Origin: an uncultured Gaiellales bacterium
GTDB taxonomy: Bacteria > Actinomycetota > Thermoleophilia > Gaiellales > Gaiellaceae
Direction: 5' to 3'
Assembly: GCA_964569165.1 (NCBI GenBank)
Contig: CAZMUG010000002.1
Span: 1-52,044, forward strand
DNA: 52,044 nt
Positions 24,754 through 32,017 of the stretch are shown here, piece by piece (within the stretch, counting starts at the first letter, position 1; each line of letters opens with the position of its first letter). Made by a program: the position numbers and the translations under genes. Below the pieces are notes generated by a model that did not search any database, was not told the origin of the DNA, and saw only the letters and a program-made list of their open reading frames with translations.

Positions 24754-25659
24754 GTGGCCGAAGACGCGCGGACGCAGGAGTTCATCGAGTACGTCCAGTC
24801 GGGTGGGCTCGTCGAAGCCACGGACTGGATGCCCGACGAGTATCGGGCGCGGCTGATCAAGTTCATCGAGATGCACGCCAACTCGGAGCTGATGGGCGTG
24901 CTCCCGGAGCGCGACTGGATCCTGCGTGCGCCCACGCTGCAGCGCAAGCTCGCGCTGACGGCGAAGATCCAGGACGAGGTCGGCCACGCGCAGCTCATCT
25001 ACCGCGTCGTCGAGGACCTCGGCAAGCCCCGCGAGGCGTGCCTCGACGACCTCATCTCGGGCAAGGCGAAGTTCCACAACGTGTTCCACTACCCCACGCG
25101 GTCCTGGGGCGACGTCGGCGTCATCGCCTGGCTCGTGGACGCGGCCGCGATCGTCTCGCAGAAGGCGCTGCTCAAGACCTCCTACGCTCCGTACGCGCGG
25201 ATCATGAAGCGCGTGTGCTGGGAGGAGTCGTTCCACATCCTCCACGGGCGCGACGTCGTGCTCGCGATGGTCAACGGGACGGACGGCCAGCGCGAGCTCG
25301 TGCAGGAGGCGCTCGACCGCTGGTGGGGGCCGCTCATGATGTTCCACGGCAACCCGATCCCGGCCGAGGAGGATCCCACGTACTTCTGGCGGATCAAGAG
25401 CCAGGCAAACGAGGACGCGCGCCAGGAGTTCCTCGACGGCTACGTGAACCAGATCCTCGAGCTCGGCCTCACGGTCCCCGACCCGAAGCTGCGGCGGAGC
25501 GAGTCGGGCACGTGGGAGTACACGGAACCGGACTGGGACGAGCTGAGGTCGGTCGTCACCGGCCACGGGCCCGCGTCCGCGGAGCGCATCGCGTTCCGCT
25601 CGCTGTCGCGCGCCGAGGTGGACTGGGTGTCGCGCGTCGTGCTCGCGGAGGCGGCATGA
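24754..25659 (+). CDS. paaA: 1,2-phenylacetyl-CoA epoxidase subunit A
   Basis: Di-iron ligand pattern (NSELMG, QDEVGHAQL, WEESFHILHG) and the overall PaaA-like sequence. Confidence 0.9.
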   Translation: MAEDARTQEFIEYVQSGGLVEATDWMPDEYRARLIKFIEMHANSELMGVLPERDWILRAPTLQRKLALTAKIQDEVGHAQLIYRVVEDLGKPREACLDDLISGKAKFHNVFHYPTRSWGDVGVIAWLVDAAAIVSQKALLKTSYAPYARIMKRVCWEESFHILHGRDVVLAMVNGTDGQRELVQEALDRWWGPLMMFHGNPIPAEEDPTYFWRIKSQANEDARQEFLDGYVNQILELGLTVPDPKLRRSESGTWEYTEPDWDELRSVVTGHGPASAERIAFRSLSRAEVDWVSRVVLAEAA

Positions 25660-25837
25660 GGGACGGGGTCCGGATCGCGCCCCGGCGGCTCGCTCGGACA
25701 CGCCTGGAGGCGGGACCCTGGTAGACGCACGCCCCCGAGACGAGAGCGCCGCGAGCGAGCCGAGCCCGCCGCCGAAGGCCGCGGGCGGCCAGGGCGCGAT
25801 CTTCGAGGTCTTCCGGCAGGAGCGGAAGGGCAAGCCG

Positions 25838-26077
25838 ATGGAGCACGCGGGCTCGATTCGCGCGCCGAGCGAGGAGGCGGCCGAGGTGTACGCGCGGGAG
25901 TTCTACGGCCGGCGCGACGAGTCGGCCGCTCTCTGGATCGTCGCGCGGTCGGCCGTTCGCCAGGTCGACGGCTTCCCGGAGGAGTTCGACCGGAGCTATC
26001 GCCGCGTGGACGGGTACTCGCTCAAGGTGCGCCTCCGCGAGGCGCGCGAGCGGGCCGGGGCAGGCGACGGTGTCTGA
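25838..26077 (+). CDS. paaB: 1,2-phenylacetyl-CoA epoxidase subunit B (coordinates from first ATG; true start probably upstream)
   Basis: The translation HAGSIRAPSEEAAEVYAREFYGRR...LWIVA matches PaaB. The conserved IFEVFRQERKGKP strand lies in-frame upstream of the ATG. Confidence 0.8.
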   Translation: MEHAGSIRAPSEEAAEVYAREFYGRRDESAALWIVARSAVRQVDGFPEEFDRSYRRVDGYSLKVRLREARERAGAGDGV

Positions 26078-26127
26078 CACCGCACCGCTTGTTCAAGCCG
26101 TTTGCGGTGCCCCGGTGTCAGACACCG
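26068..26127. repeat. Intergenic inverted repeat built from two copies of GGTGTC(W)GACACC (about 21 bp stem, 3-nt bulge, 15-nt loop)
   Basis: CGGTGTCTGACACCGCACCGC (26068-26088) pairs with GCGGTGCCCCGGTGTCAGACACCG (26104-26127). It overlaps the paaB stop codon and precedes the paaC ATG. Confidence 0.8.
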
Positions 26128-26143
26128 TGGACGGCGAGGCCGG

Positions 26144-26815
26144 ATGAGCGAGCGCACCGACCTCCTGCTGTCGATCGCCGACGACGAGCTCTTCCTGGGC
26201 TGGCGCGACTCGGAGTGGACGGGGATCGCGCCCTTCCTCGAGGAGGACGTCGCGTTCTCGTCGATCGCGCAGAACGAGATCGGCCACGCCCGCGCCCTGT
26301 ACGAGCTCGCCGCGGCGGAGCTCGGCACGACCGCGGACGAGCTCGCGTTCGACCGCAGGCCCGAGGAGTACCGCTGCTCGCCGCTCGTCCAGCTCCGCCG
26401 CCTCGAGTGGGCACGGACGATCGCGCGCCGCTGGCTCTACGAGACCGCGGACGAGATTCGGCTCGACGCGCTTAGGGCCTCCGACGACCACGAGATCGCG
26501 GGCGTCGCTGCGAAGATGGACCGCGAGGAGGCGTACCACCGGATGCACGCGGAGATGTGGATCGACCGCCTGCTCTCGGCCGCGGAAGGTCGCGAGAGAC
26601 TCGACGAGGCCGTCGACGAGCTCTGGCCCTACGCGCTCGGAATGCTCGATGACGAGCTCCGGCCGGAGCTGCGCCGACGCGTGGAGGAGCGGCTCGGTCG
26701 AGCGCTTCCGGACGTGGAGCCGGTGCCCCGGAGCGTCCACGAGGCCGAGCTGGCCGAGCTCTGGGAGGAGATGACCTCCGTCCGCCGCTCCGAGCCCCCC
26801 GGCACGCAGTGGTAG
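26144..26815 (+). CDS. paaC: 1,2-phenylacetyl-CoA epoxidase subunit C
   Basis: The translation LSIADDELFLGWRDSEWTGIAPFLEEDVAFSSIAQNEIGHARALY has the PaaC pattern. ATG 26144 is preferred over GTG 26102, which lies inside the palindrome. Confidence 0.85.
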   Translation: MSERTDLLLSIADDELFLGWRDSEWTGIAPFLEEDVAFSSIAQNEIGHARALYELAAAELGTTADELAFDRRPEEYRCSPLVQLRRLEWARTIARRWLYETADEIRLDALRASDDHEIAGVAAKMDREEAYHRMHAEMWIDRLLSAAEGRERLDEAVDELWPYALGMLDDELRPELRRRVEERLGRALPDVEPVPRSVHEAELAELWEEMTSVRRSEPPGTQW

Positions 26816-27306
26816 GCGCGACCGTGCTCTCCGAGCAGGCAGTGTGGGACGCGCTCGCCGGCGTCCCCGATCCCGAGATCCCGGACGTCTCGCTGGTCGA
26901 CCTCGGGGTCGTGAAGAGCGTGAGCGTCGACGGTCACGACGTGGTGGTGGAGTTCACGCCGACCTTCATGGGCTGCCCGGCGCTCGAGCGGATGCGGCTC
27001 GAGCTCGGACGGGCGATCGAGGAGATCGGGGGCAGGCCGGAGATCCGCGTGCTCATGGACGACTCGTGGTCCACCGACCGCATCACGCCAGCGGGCCGGG
27101 AGAAGCTCCGGCTCGCCGGCTTCGCACCGCCTGCCCCGCGCCCAGCCGGAAAGCTCGAGCTCGTGCAGCTGCAGCGCGGATTCCGCTGTCCGTACTGCGG
27201 CTCGACGGACACGCGGCTCGACAACATCTTCGGCCCGACTCCGTGCCGCTCGATCCGCTACTGCAACGGCTGCCGGCAGCCCTTCGAGCAGTTCAAGACG
27301 ATCTGA
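26809..27306 (+). CDS. paaD: Phenylacetate-CoA oxygenase subunit PaaD (PaaJ in some nomenclatures)
   Basis: It has a SUF/MIP18-like N-domain (VPDPEIPDVSLVDLGVV) and a C-terminal Cys cluster (CPYCGS...CNGC). Its start overlaps the paaC end. Confidence 0.85.
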   Translation: MVGATVLSEQAVWDALAGVPDPEIPDVSLVDLGVVKSVSVDGHDVVVEFTPTFMGCPALERMRLELGRAIEEIGGRPEIRVLMDDSWSTDRITPAGREKLRLAGFAPPAPRPAGKLELVQLQRGFRCPYCGSTDTRLDNIFGPTPCRSIRYCNGCRQPFEQFKTI

Positions 27307-27307
27307 C

Positions 27308-28933
27308 GTGGCGACCAGCGCGTACCTCCGGACCGCGAACCAGCCTCCGCCGCTCGAGGGCTACGACCTCTTCTCGGAGAACCGCCCGCTCGTGGAGGCG
27401 CTCACGCGCGAGGGCGCGGCCGAGCGCACGGACGAGTGCGCCGCGTTCGGACGGCTCTGCGGCGGCGAGCCCCTCGAGCTCGGACGGCTCGCGAACGAGC
27501 ATCCGCCCGCGCTCCGGGCCTTCGACCGCTTCGGCGAGCGGCTCGACGAGGTCGAGTTCCACCCCTCCTGGCACGAGCTCATGCGGATCGGGGTCGAGGG
27601 CGGCGCTCACGCCTTCCCGTGGGCCGATCGCGGGCCGGCACCGCACGCCGCCAGGGCCGCACGGTTCATGACGCTCTCGTACGCCGAGGCGGGCGTCGGG
27701 TGCCCGCTCTCGATGACGTACTCCGTCCTCCCGGCGCTCCGCGCCGACGGCGAGCTCCTCGCGGAGTGGGGAGACGGCCTCACGTCGCGCCGGTACGACC
27801 CTGGATCGCGCGGCCACACCGAGAAGGCGGGGCTGCTCGCCGGGATGGCGCTCACCGAGCGCCAGGGCGGCTCGGACGTGCGCGCGAACGAGGCGCGTGC
27901 CGAGCCGCTCGCCGACGGCAGCTATGCACTGACGGGGGAGAAGTGGTTCTGCTCGGCTCCGATGTGCGACGTCTTCCTCGTGCTCGCCTACGCGCCGGGC
28001 GGGCTGACGTGCTTCGTCATGCCGCGCATCCTCGAGGACGGGGCGCGCAACGGGCTCCACCTCCGGCGCCTCAAGGACAAGCTGGGCAACCGCTCGAACG
28101 CGTCGGCCGAGATCGAGCTGCGCGATGCGCGGGCGGCCCGGCTCGGACCGGAAGGACGCGGCGTTGCCACGATCATCGAGATGGTCGTGCACACGCGGCT
28201 CGACTGCGTCCTCGGCTCGACCGCGCTCATGCGGCGCGCGGTCGCGGAGGCGACGCACCACGCCGCCCACCGGTCCGCCTTCGGCCGGCTCCTGGCGGAG
28301 CAGCCGCTCCAGCAGAGCGTCCTCGCCGACCTCTGCCTCGACTCCGAGGCGGCCACGGCAACGGCGATGCGACTCGCGCGGGCGGTCGACGAGCGCGAGG
28401 ACGACTTCCGCCGCCTCGCGACGACGGTCGCCAAGTACTGGATCTGCAAGTCGACGCCGCCGCTCGTGGCCGAGGCGCTCGAGTGCATCGGGGGCAACGG
28501 ATACGTCGAGGAGTCGCCGCTCCCGCGCCTCTTCCGGGAGAGCCCCGTGAACTCGCTCTGGGAGGGCGCGGGCAACGTCAACGCGCTCGATCTCTGGCGG
28601 GCTGCCGATCGCGAGCCGGCCAGCATCGAGGCGCTCCTGGCCGAGATCGCCTGCGGCGGCGGAGCCGACGCGAGGCTGGACGCGGCGACCGCACGGCTCC
28701 GGGCCGAGCTCGCGGACGCAGGCGACCGCGAGCATCGAGCACGCCGTGTCGCCGAGCTCGCCGCCCTCTGCCTGCAGGCGTCCCTCCTCGTTCGCCATGC
28801 GCCCACCGGAGTCGCGGACGCGTTCTGCGCCACCCGGCTCGGGGGAGAGGGGAGCCGCGCGTACGGAACCCTCCCGCGCGGCATCGACGCGGCGGGGATC
28901 ATCGAACGGCACCGCCCGCAGATCGACGCCTGA
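27308..28933 (+). CDS. AidB-like acyl-CoA dehydrogenase
   Basis: 541 aa with GMALTERQGGSDVRAN, KWFCSAPMCDVFLVLA, LKDKLGNRSNASAEIEL and ECIGGNGYVEESPLPRLFRESPVNSLWEG. Confidence 0.85.
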   Translation: MATSAYLRTANQPPPLEGYDLFSENRPLVEALTREGAAERTDECAAFGRLCGGEPLELGRLANEHPPALRAFDRFGERLDEVEFHPSWHELMRIGVEGGAHAFPWADRGPAPHAARAARFMTLSYAEAGVGCPLSMTYSVLPALRADGELLAEWGDGLTSRRYDPGSRGHTEKAGLLAGMALTERQGGSDVRANEARAEPLADGSYALTGEKWFCSAPMCDVFLVLAYAPGGLTCFVMPRILEDGARNGLHLRRLKDKLGNRSNASAEIELRDARAARLGPEGRGVATIIEMVVHTRLDCVLGSTALMRRAVAEATHHAAHRSAFGRLLAEQPLQQSVLADLCLDSEAATATAMRLARAVDEREDDFRRLATTVAKYWICKSTPPLVAEALECIGGNGYVEESPLPRLFRESPVNSLWEGAGNVNALDLWRAADREPASIEALLAEIACGGGADARLDAATARLRAELADAGDREHRARRVAELAALCLQASLLVRHAPTGVADAFCATRLGGEGSRAYGTLPRGIDAAGIIERHRPQIDA

Positions 28934-28969
28934 CGGCGGCCGGGCACGCGAATCTACTCTTTGGCGCCC

Positions 28970-29428
28970 ATGCGGGGCATCGGGGTCTTCGTCACCGTCC
29001 TGCTCGTCGCGGGCGGGGTCGCCATGTTCCTCTACACGAGGCCGCCGGACCGGAGCCTCGACGACCCGGGGCGGGAGTGGGTGGACGAGTTCACGGCCTG
29101 GAGTCTCGACCTGGAGCGGACGATCGACCGGGCCGAGGTCTCGATCGGGGTGTCGAGCGGCGAGCGCTTCGACACGTCGCTCGTGCCGGCTCTCGAGGCG
29201 TGCGCGCCCACGCTCCGCCGGCTCGGGCCGCCGTCCAACCCCCTCCTCGGCCGGGCCGTGGAGGAGGCGAGCATCGCGTGCAGCGAGATCGAGCATGCGC
29301 TCGCCGTCTACGAGCGCTACGGACCCCCGGCTCTCGCTTCGACGGAGCAGCACCTCAAGCGCGCGGCGAGATGGCTCGTCGCTGCCCGGTTCACGATCAA
29401 GCGACGTCTCAGCGGCAAGGACTACTGA
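28970..29428 (+). CDS. Hypothetical membrane-anchored protein
   Basis: The translation MRGIGVFVTVLLVAGGVAMFLY gives an N-terminal anchor followed by a helical soluble part. No family was recognised. Confidence 0.5.
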   Translation: MRGIGVFVTVLLVAGGVAMFLYTRPPDRSLDDPGREWVDEFTAWSLDLERTIDRAEVSIGVSSGERFDTSLVPALEACAPTLRRLGPPSNPLLGRAVEEASIACSEIEHALAVYERYGPPALASTEQHLKRAARWLVAARFTIKRRLSGKDY

Positions 29429-29458
29429 GCGCGGCCCCCAGCGGCATCCGGCCGGGCA

Positions 29459-29704
29459 TCAGACGGATCGCCACGACCCCGGTCTGATCCTGTACGCGTG
29501 GCCGTCCGGTGACGCCTCGCGGAGCACACGATCGACCTCCTCCGCGGACGGGCGGCTGCTTGCGACGAGGCGAACGGTCGCGAGGTCGGCGCTCTCGTCG
29601 ACCGCGATCTCGAGAACCGTGCCGAGGTCCCCGAGCGCGTCTCTGACGAGCGCCGCGCAGCTCTCGCAGCCGGCCTGCTCGATGTCGAAGACGGTCGCTT
29701 CCAC
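29459..29704 (-). CDS. Heavy-metal-associated (HMA)-like small protein with GCESC motif
   Basis: 81 aa: VEATVFDIEQAGCESCAALVRDALGDLGTVLEIAVDESADLATVRLV... has a ferredoxin-like HMA pattern. GTG is the complement of 29702-29704. The longer ORF-track entry is read-through. Confidence 0.55.
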   Translation of the reverse strand: MEATVFDIEQAGCESCAALVRDALGDLGTVLEIAVDESADLATVRLVASSRPSAEEVDRVLREASPDGHAYRIRPGSWRSV

Positions 29705-29728
29705 GAGCCGCAGAGTACCGCCGCTAGG

Positions 29729-29965
29729 GTGGACGTCGTGCACGTCGAGATCCTCTACTGCCCCACCTGAAGCGGCTACGACGCACGGGCCACGAGTCTC
29801 GCGGCCGAGCTCTCCTCGACGACGGACGCCACGACGACGGTCACGCCGGGCGGCCGGGGGCAGTTCGACGTCGTCGCGGACGGCAGGCTGATCTGGTCGA
29901 AGCAGGTGGTGGGTCGCTTCCCCGAGGACGGTGAGATCGTGCGGCTTCTGGACGCGGCGGGTTAG
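29729..29965 (+). CDS. SelW-like (Rdx family) thioredoxin-fold protein, candidate selenoprotein with in-frame TGA (codon 14)
   Basis: The translation is VDVVHVEILYCPT[TGA 29768-29770]SGYDARATSLAAELS...GGRGQFDVVADGRLIWSKQVVGRFPEDGEIVRLLDAAG. The CxxU position and the G.G.F.V..DG.LIWSK..GRFP pattern are family-typical. Neither half is a viable gene alone. Confidence 0.65.
29786..29807 (+). promoter_or_regulatory. Candidate SECIS-like stem-loop downstream of the in-frame UGA
   Basis: GGCC-A-CGA/GUC/UCG-C-GGCC (29788-29806) has 7 base pairs, one mismatch and an apical GUC loop about 28 nt 3' of the UGA. It was folded by eye only. Confidence 0.3.
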
Positions 29966-30939
29966 CGCAGCAGGAAGCCGTCCCCGACGGGATCGTCCGG
30001 GTCGAGCGTGAACACGTGCTCGCCGGTCCGGTAGGCGCTTCCCTCGACCTCGGTGACGACGGCCGGTATCCCCGCGACCTCGGCTTCCCCGACGACGCGA
30101 CCGGTGAACTCGGAGCCGACGATGCTCAGGTGCCGGAGCTCCTCGCCGCGCGGGAGCCGGCCCGAGCGATCGAGAAGGGCAAGGCGCGCCGACGTCCCGC
30201 TGCCGCACGGCGAGCGGTCGACCTCGCCGTCGGCGAAGACCGTGACGTTCCGCTGGGCGAGCGGGCGCTCACCCTCTTCCTGCCAGAAGATCACGCCGTA
30301 GACGTCCCGGAGCTCCGGCTCGAGGGGATGAACGACGTCGTGCCCGGCCTCGAGCTCTCGCTTGACCTCGCGTCCGAGCTCGATCAGGCGCGGCAGCTCG
30401 GCCGGCTCGACTCGCTCCTCGACCGACGCGTAGAACGCCCCGCCGAACGCGACGTCCGCGGCGCCGCAGCCGAGCTCGACCCGCTCTCCCCAGACGAACG
30501 AGGGCACGTTCCGGAACCGCACCGAGCGCACGCGCCCGTCGCGCACGAGGGCCCACGTCTCCAGCCGCCCGGACGGCACGTCCACGACCACGTGGTTCTC
30601 CCCCTCCACGCGCTCGACAACTCCTTCGTCCAGCGCCCACGTCACGAGCGCGATGGTGCCGTGGCCGCATGCCGTCGAGTAGCCCGCGTTGTGGAAGAAG
30701 ACGACGCCCAGGTCGGCACCGTCGTCGTTGGGCTCGACCACGTGGCAGCCGTACATGTCTGCGTGGCCGCGCGGCTCGAAGACGAGCAGGCGCCGGACGT
30801 GGTCGAGGCGCTCCAGTGCGTCGCGCCGCTTGTCGAGGATCGTCGCGCCGCGGAGCGGCTCGGTGCCCCCGGTCACGATGCGGAACGGCTCCCCGCCCGT
30901 GTGGTAGTCGACAGTGCGGACCTCGGTGTCAGACACCAT
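29962..30939 (-). CDS. Proline racemase family enzyme (Cys/Cys catalytic pair: racemase or 4-hydroxyproline 2-epimerase type)
   Basis: Motifs DYHTGGEPFRIV, NAGYSTACGHGTIAL and DRSPCGSGTSA. Both catalytic Cys are present, which argues against the Thr-containing dehydratase subtype. Confidence 0.85.
   Translation of the reverse strand: MVSDTEVRTVDYHTGGEPFRIVTGGTEPLRGATILDKRRDALERLDHVRRLLVFEPRGHADMYGCHVVEPNDDGADLGVVFFHNAGYSTACGHGTIALVTWALDEGVVERVEGENHVVVDVPSGRLETWALVRDGRVRSVRFRNVPSFVWGERVELGCGAADVAFGGAFYASVEERVEPAELPRLIELGREVKRELEAGHDVVHPLEPELRDVYGVIFWQEEGERPLAQRNVTVFADGEVDRSPCGSGTSARLALLDRSGRLPRGEELRHLSIVGSEFTGRVVGEAEVAGIPAVVTEVEGSAYRTGEHVFTLDPDDPVGDGFLLR
30925..30937. repeat. Copy of 13-bp palindrome GGTGTCAGACACC
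   Basis: Exact match to the arm at 26114-26126. It encodes codons 2-5 (VSDT) of the proline-racemase-family gene and abuts its ATG. Confidence 0.8.
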
Positions 30940-31070
30940 CGCCTGTCAAGTGGAACGCGTGAAAAGACTGCGCCATTAGCTCCACACACGAGCGTAGTCG
31001 CAGAGCAGCTGCCGGCGACCGGACATGTCTGACGCGCACAGAGGCCGGGCCACAGGGTTGGATGGCGCGA

Positions 31071-31089
31071 GACACGAGTGTCTGACACC
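31071..31089. repeat. GACAC-GA-GTGTC-T-GACACC: overlapping palindromes containing a 12/13 copy of GGTGTC(W)GACACC
   Basis: Read directly from the sequence. It lies in the 292-nt intergenic region between the PaaG-like gene and the proline-racemase-family gene. Confidence 0.75.
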
Positions 31090-31231
31090 GGGCTCGCGGC
31101 CCGCAGCGAGGATGAGGCCCCAGGGATCCGTCGTCAGGCGTGGACCCCCGAGGCCCCGGGAGTCGAGTACCGCTCCCCGAACGGGCGAAGCGGTGGGTAG
31201 AGGGCCGGTTTCGCCGGCTCCGCGCTGTCTC

Positions 31232-32008
31232 CTACCTGCCCTCGAACCTCGCGACGCGCTTCTCGAGGAACGCCTGCACGCCCTCGCGGAAGTCCTCGGT
31301 CCCGGATGCCGCCTGCTGCAGCTCGGCCTCGAGCGCGAGCTGCTCCTCGAGCGAGGCCGTGTACGCGTGCTCGAAGAGCCGCTTCGTCATCGAGACCGCC
31401 CGCGTCGGAAGCGCCGCATACCACTCGGCGAGCTCCGCCGTCCGCTTCGCGAAGCGCTCCGCCGGGATTTCCTCCGAGACGAGCCCCCAGATCAGCGCCT
31501 CGTCGGCGCTCAGGCGGCGGTTGGACACCATCCACTCGAACGCACGGGAGAACCCGAGCAGGCGATGGAGGAACCACGTGCTCCCCGCGTCGGGCACCAG
31601 CCCGATCCCGACGAACCCCGGGACGAAGCTCGCCTCGGACGACGCGATGCGCACGTCGCAGGCACAGGCGAGCGAGAGCCCGGCACCCGCACAGGGGCCG
31701 TTGATCGCCCCGAGCACCGGCTTCTCGAGAGCCCGGATCCGCCGCACGTTCGGGTGGTACGTCTCCTCGAGCGCCTGCCCGACGCCGCCGGGGAGCTCGG
31801 AGAACTCGCGCAAGTCCTGGCCCGCGCAGAAGCCGCGACCTGCGCCGGTGAGCACGACCGCGCGGATCTCCGGCACGGCCGCCTCGTCGAGGGCGGCTGC
31901 GAGCCCTTCGTGCATCGCGCGGTTGATGGCGTTGTAGACGTCGGGGCGGTTGAGCGTGATCGTGAGGACCGCGCCCGACCGCGACGTGACGACCGCGGCC
32001 TCGCTCAT
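31232..32008 (-). CDS. Enoyl-CoA hydratase/isomerase (PaaG-like)
   Basis: 258 aa with LTITLNRPDVYNA, GAGRGFCAGQDL, INGPCAGAGLSLACACD and EGVQAFLEKR. Confidence 0.8.
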   Translation of the reverse strand: MSEAAVVTSRSGAVLTITLNRPDVYNAINRAMHEGLAAALDEAAVPEIRAVVLTGAGRGFCAGQDLREFSELPGGVGQALEETYHPNVRRIRALEKPVLGAINGPCAGAGLSLACACDVRIASSEASFVPGFVGIGLVPDAGSTWFLHRLLGFSRAFEWMVSNRRLSADEALIWGLVSEEIPAERFAKRTAELAEWYAALPTRAVSMTKRLFEHAYTASLEEQLALEAELQQAASGTEDFREGVQAFLEKRVARFEGR

Positions 32009-32017
32009 CGCCCCAGC

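Noticed and set aside
30873-31088. 71-aa minus-strand ORF starting MSDTRVS, upstream of and overlapping the proline-racemase-family gene
   Set aside because: Its apparent start is created by the GTGTCTGACAC palindrome, which reads VSDT in both directions. The rest is Cys/Arg/Thr-rich with no coding signature, and it overlaps the real gene start.
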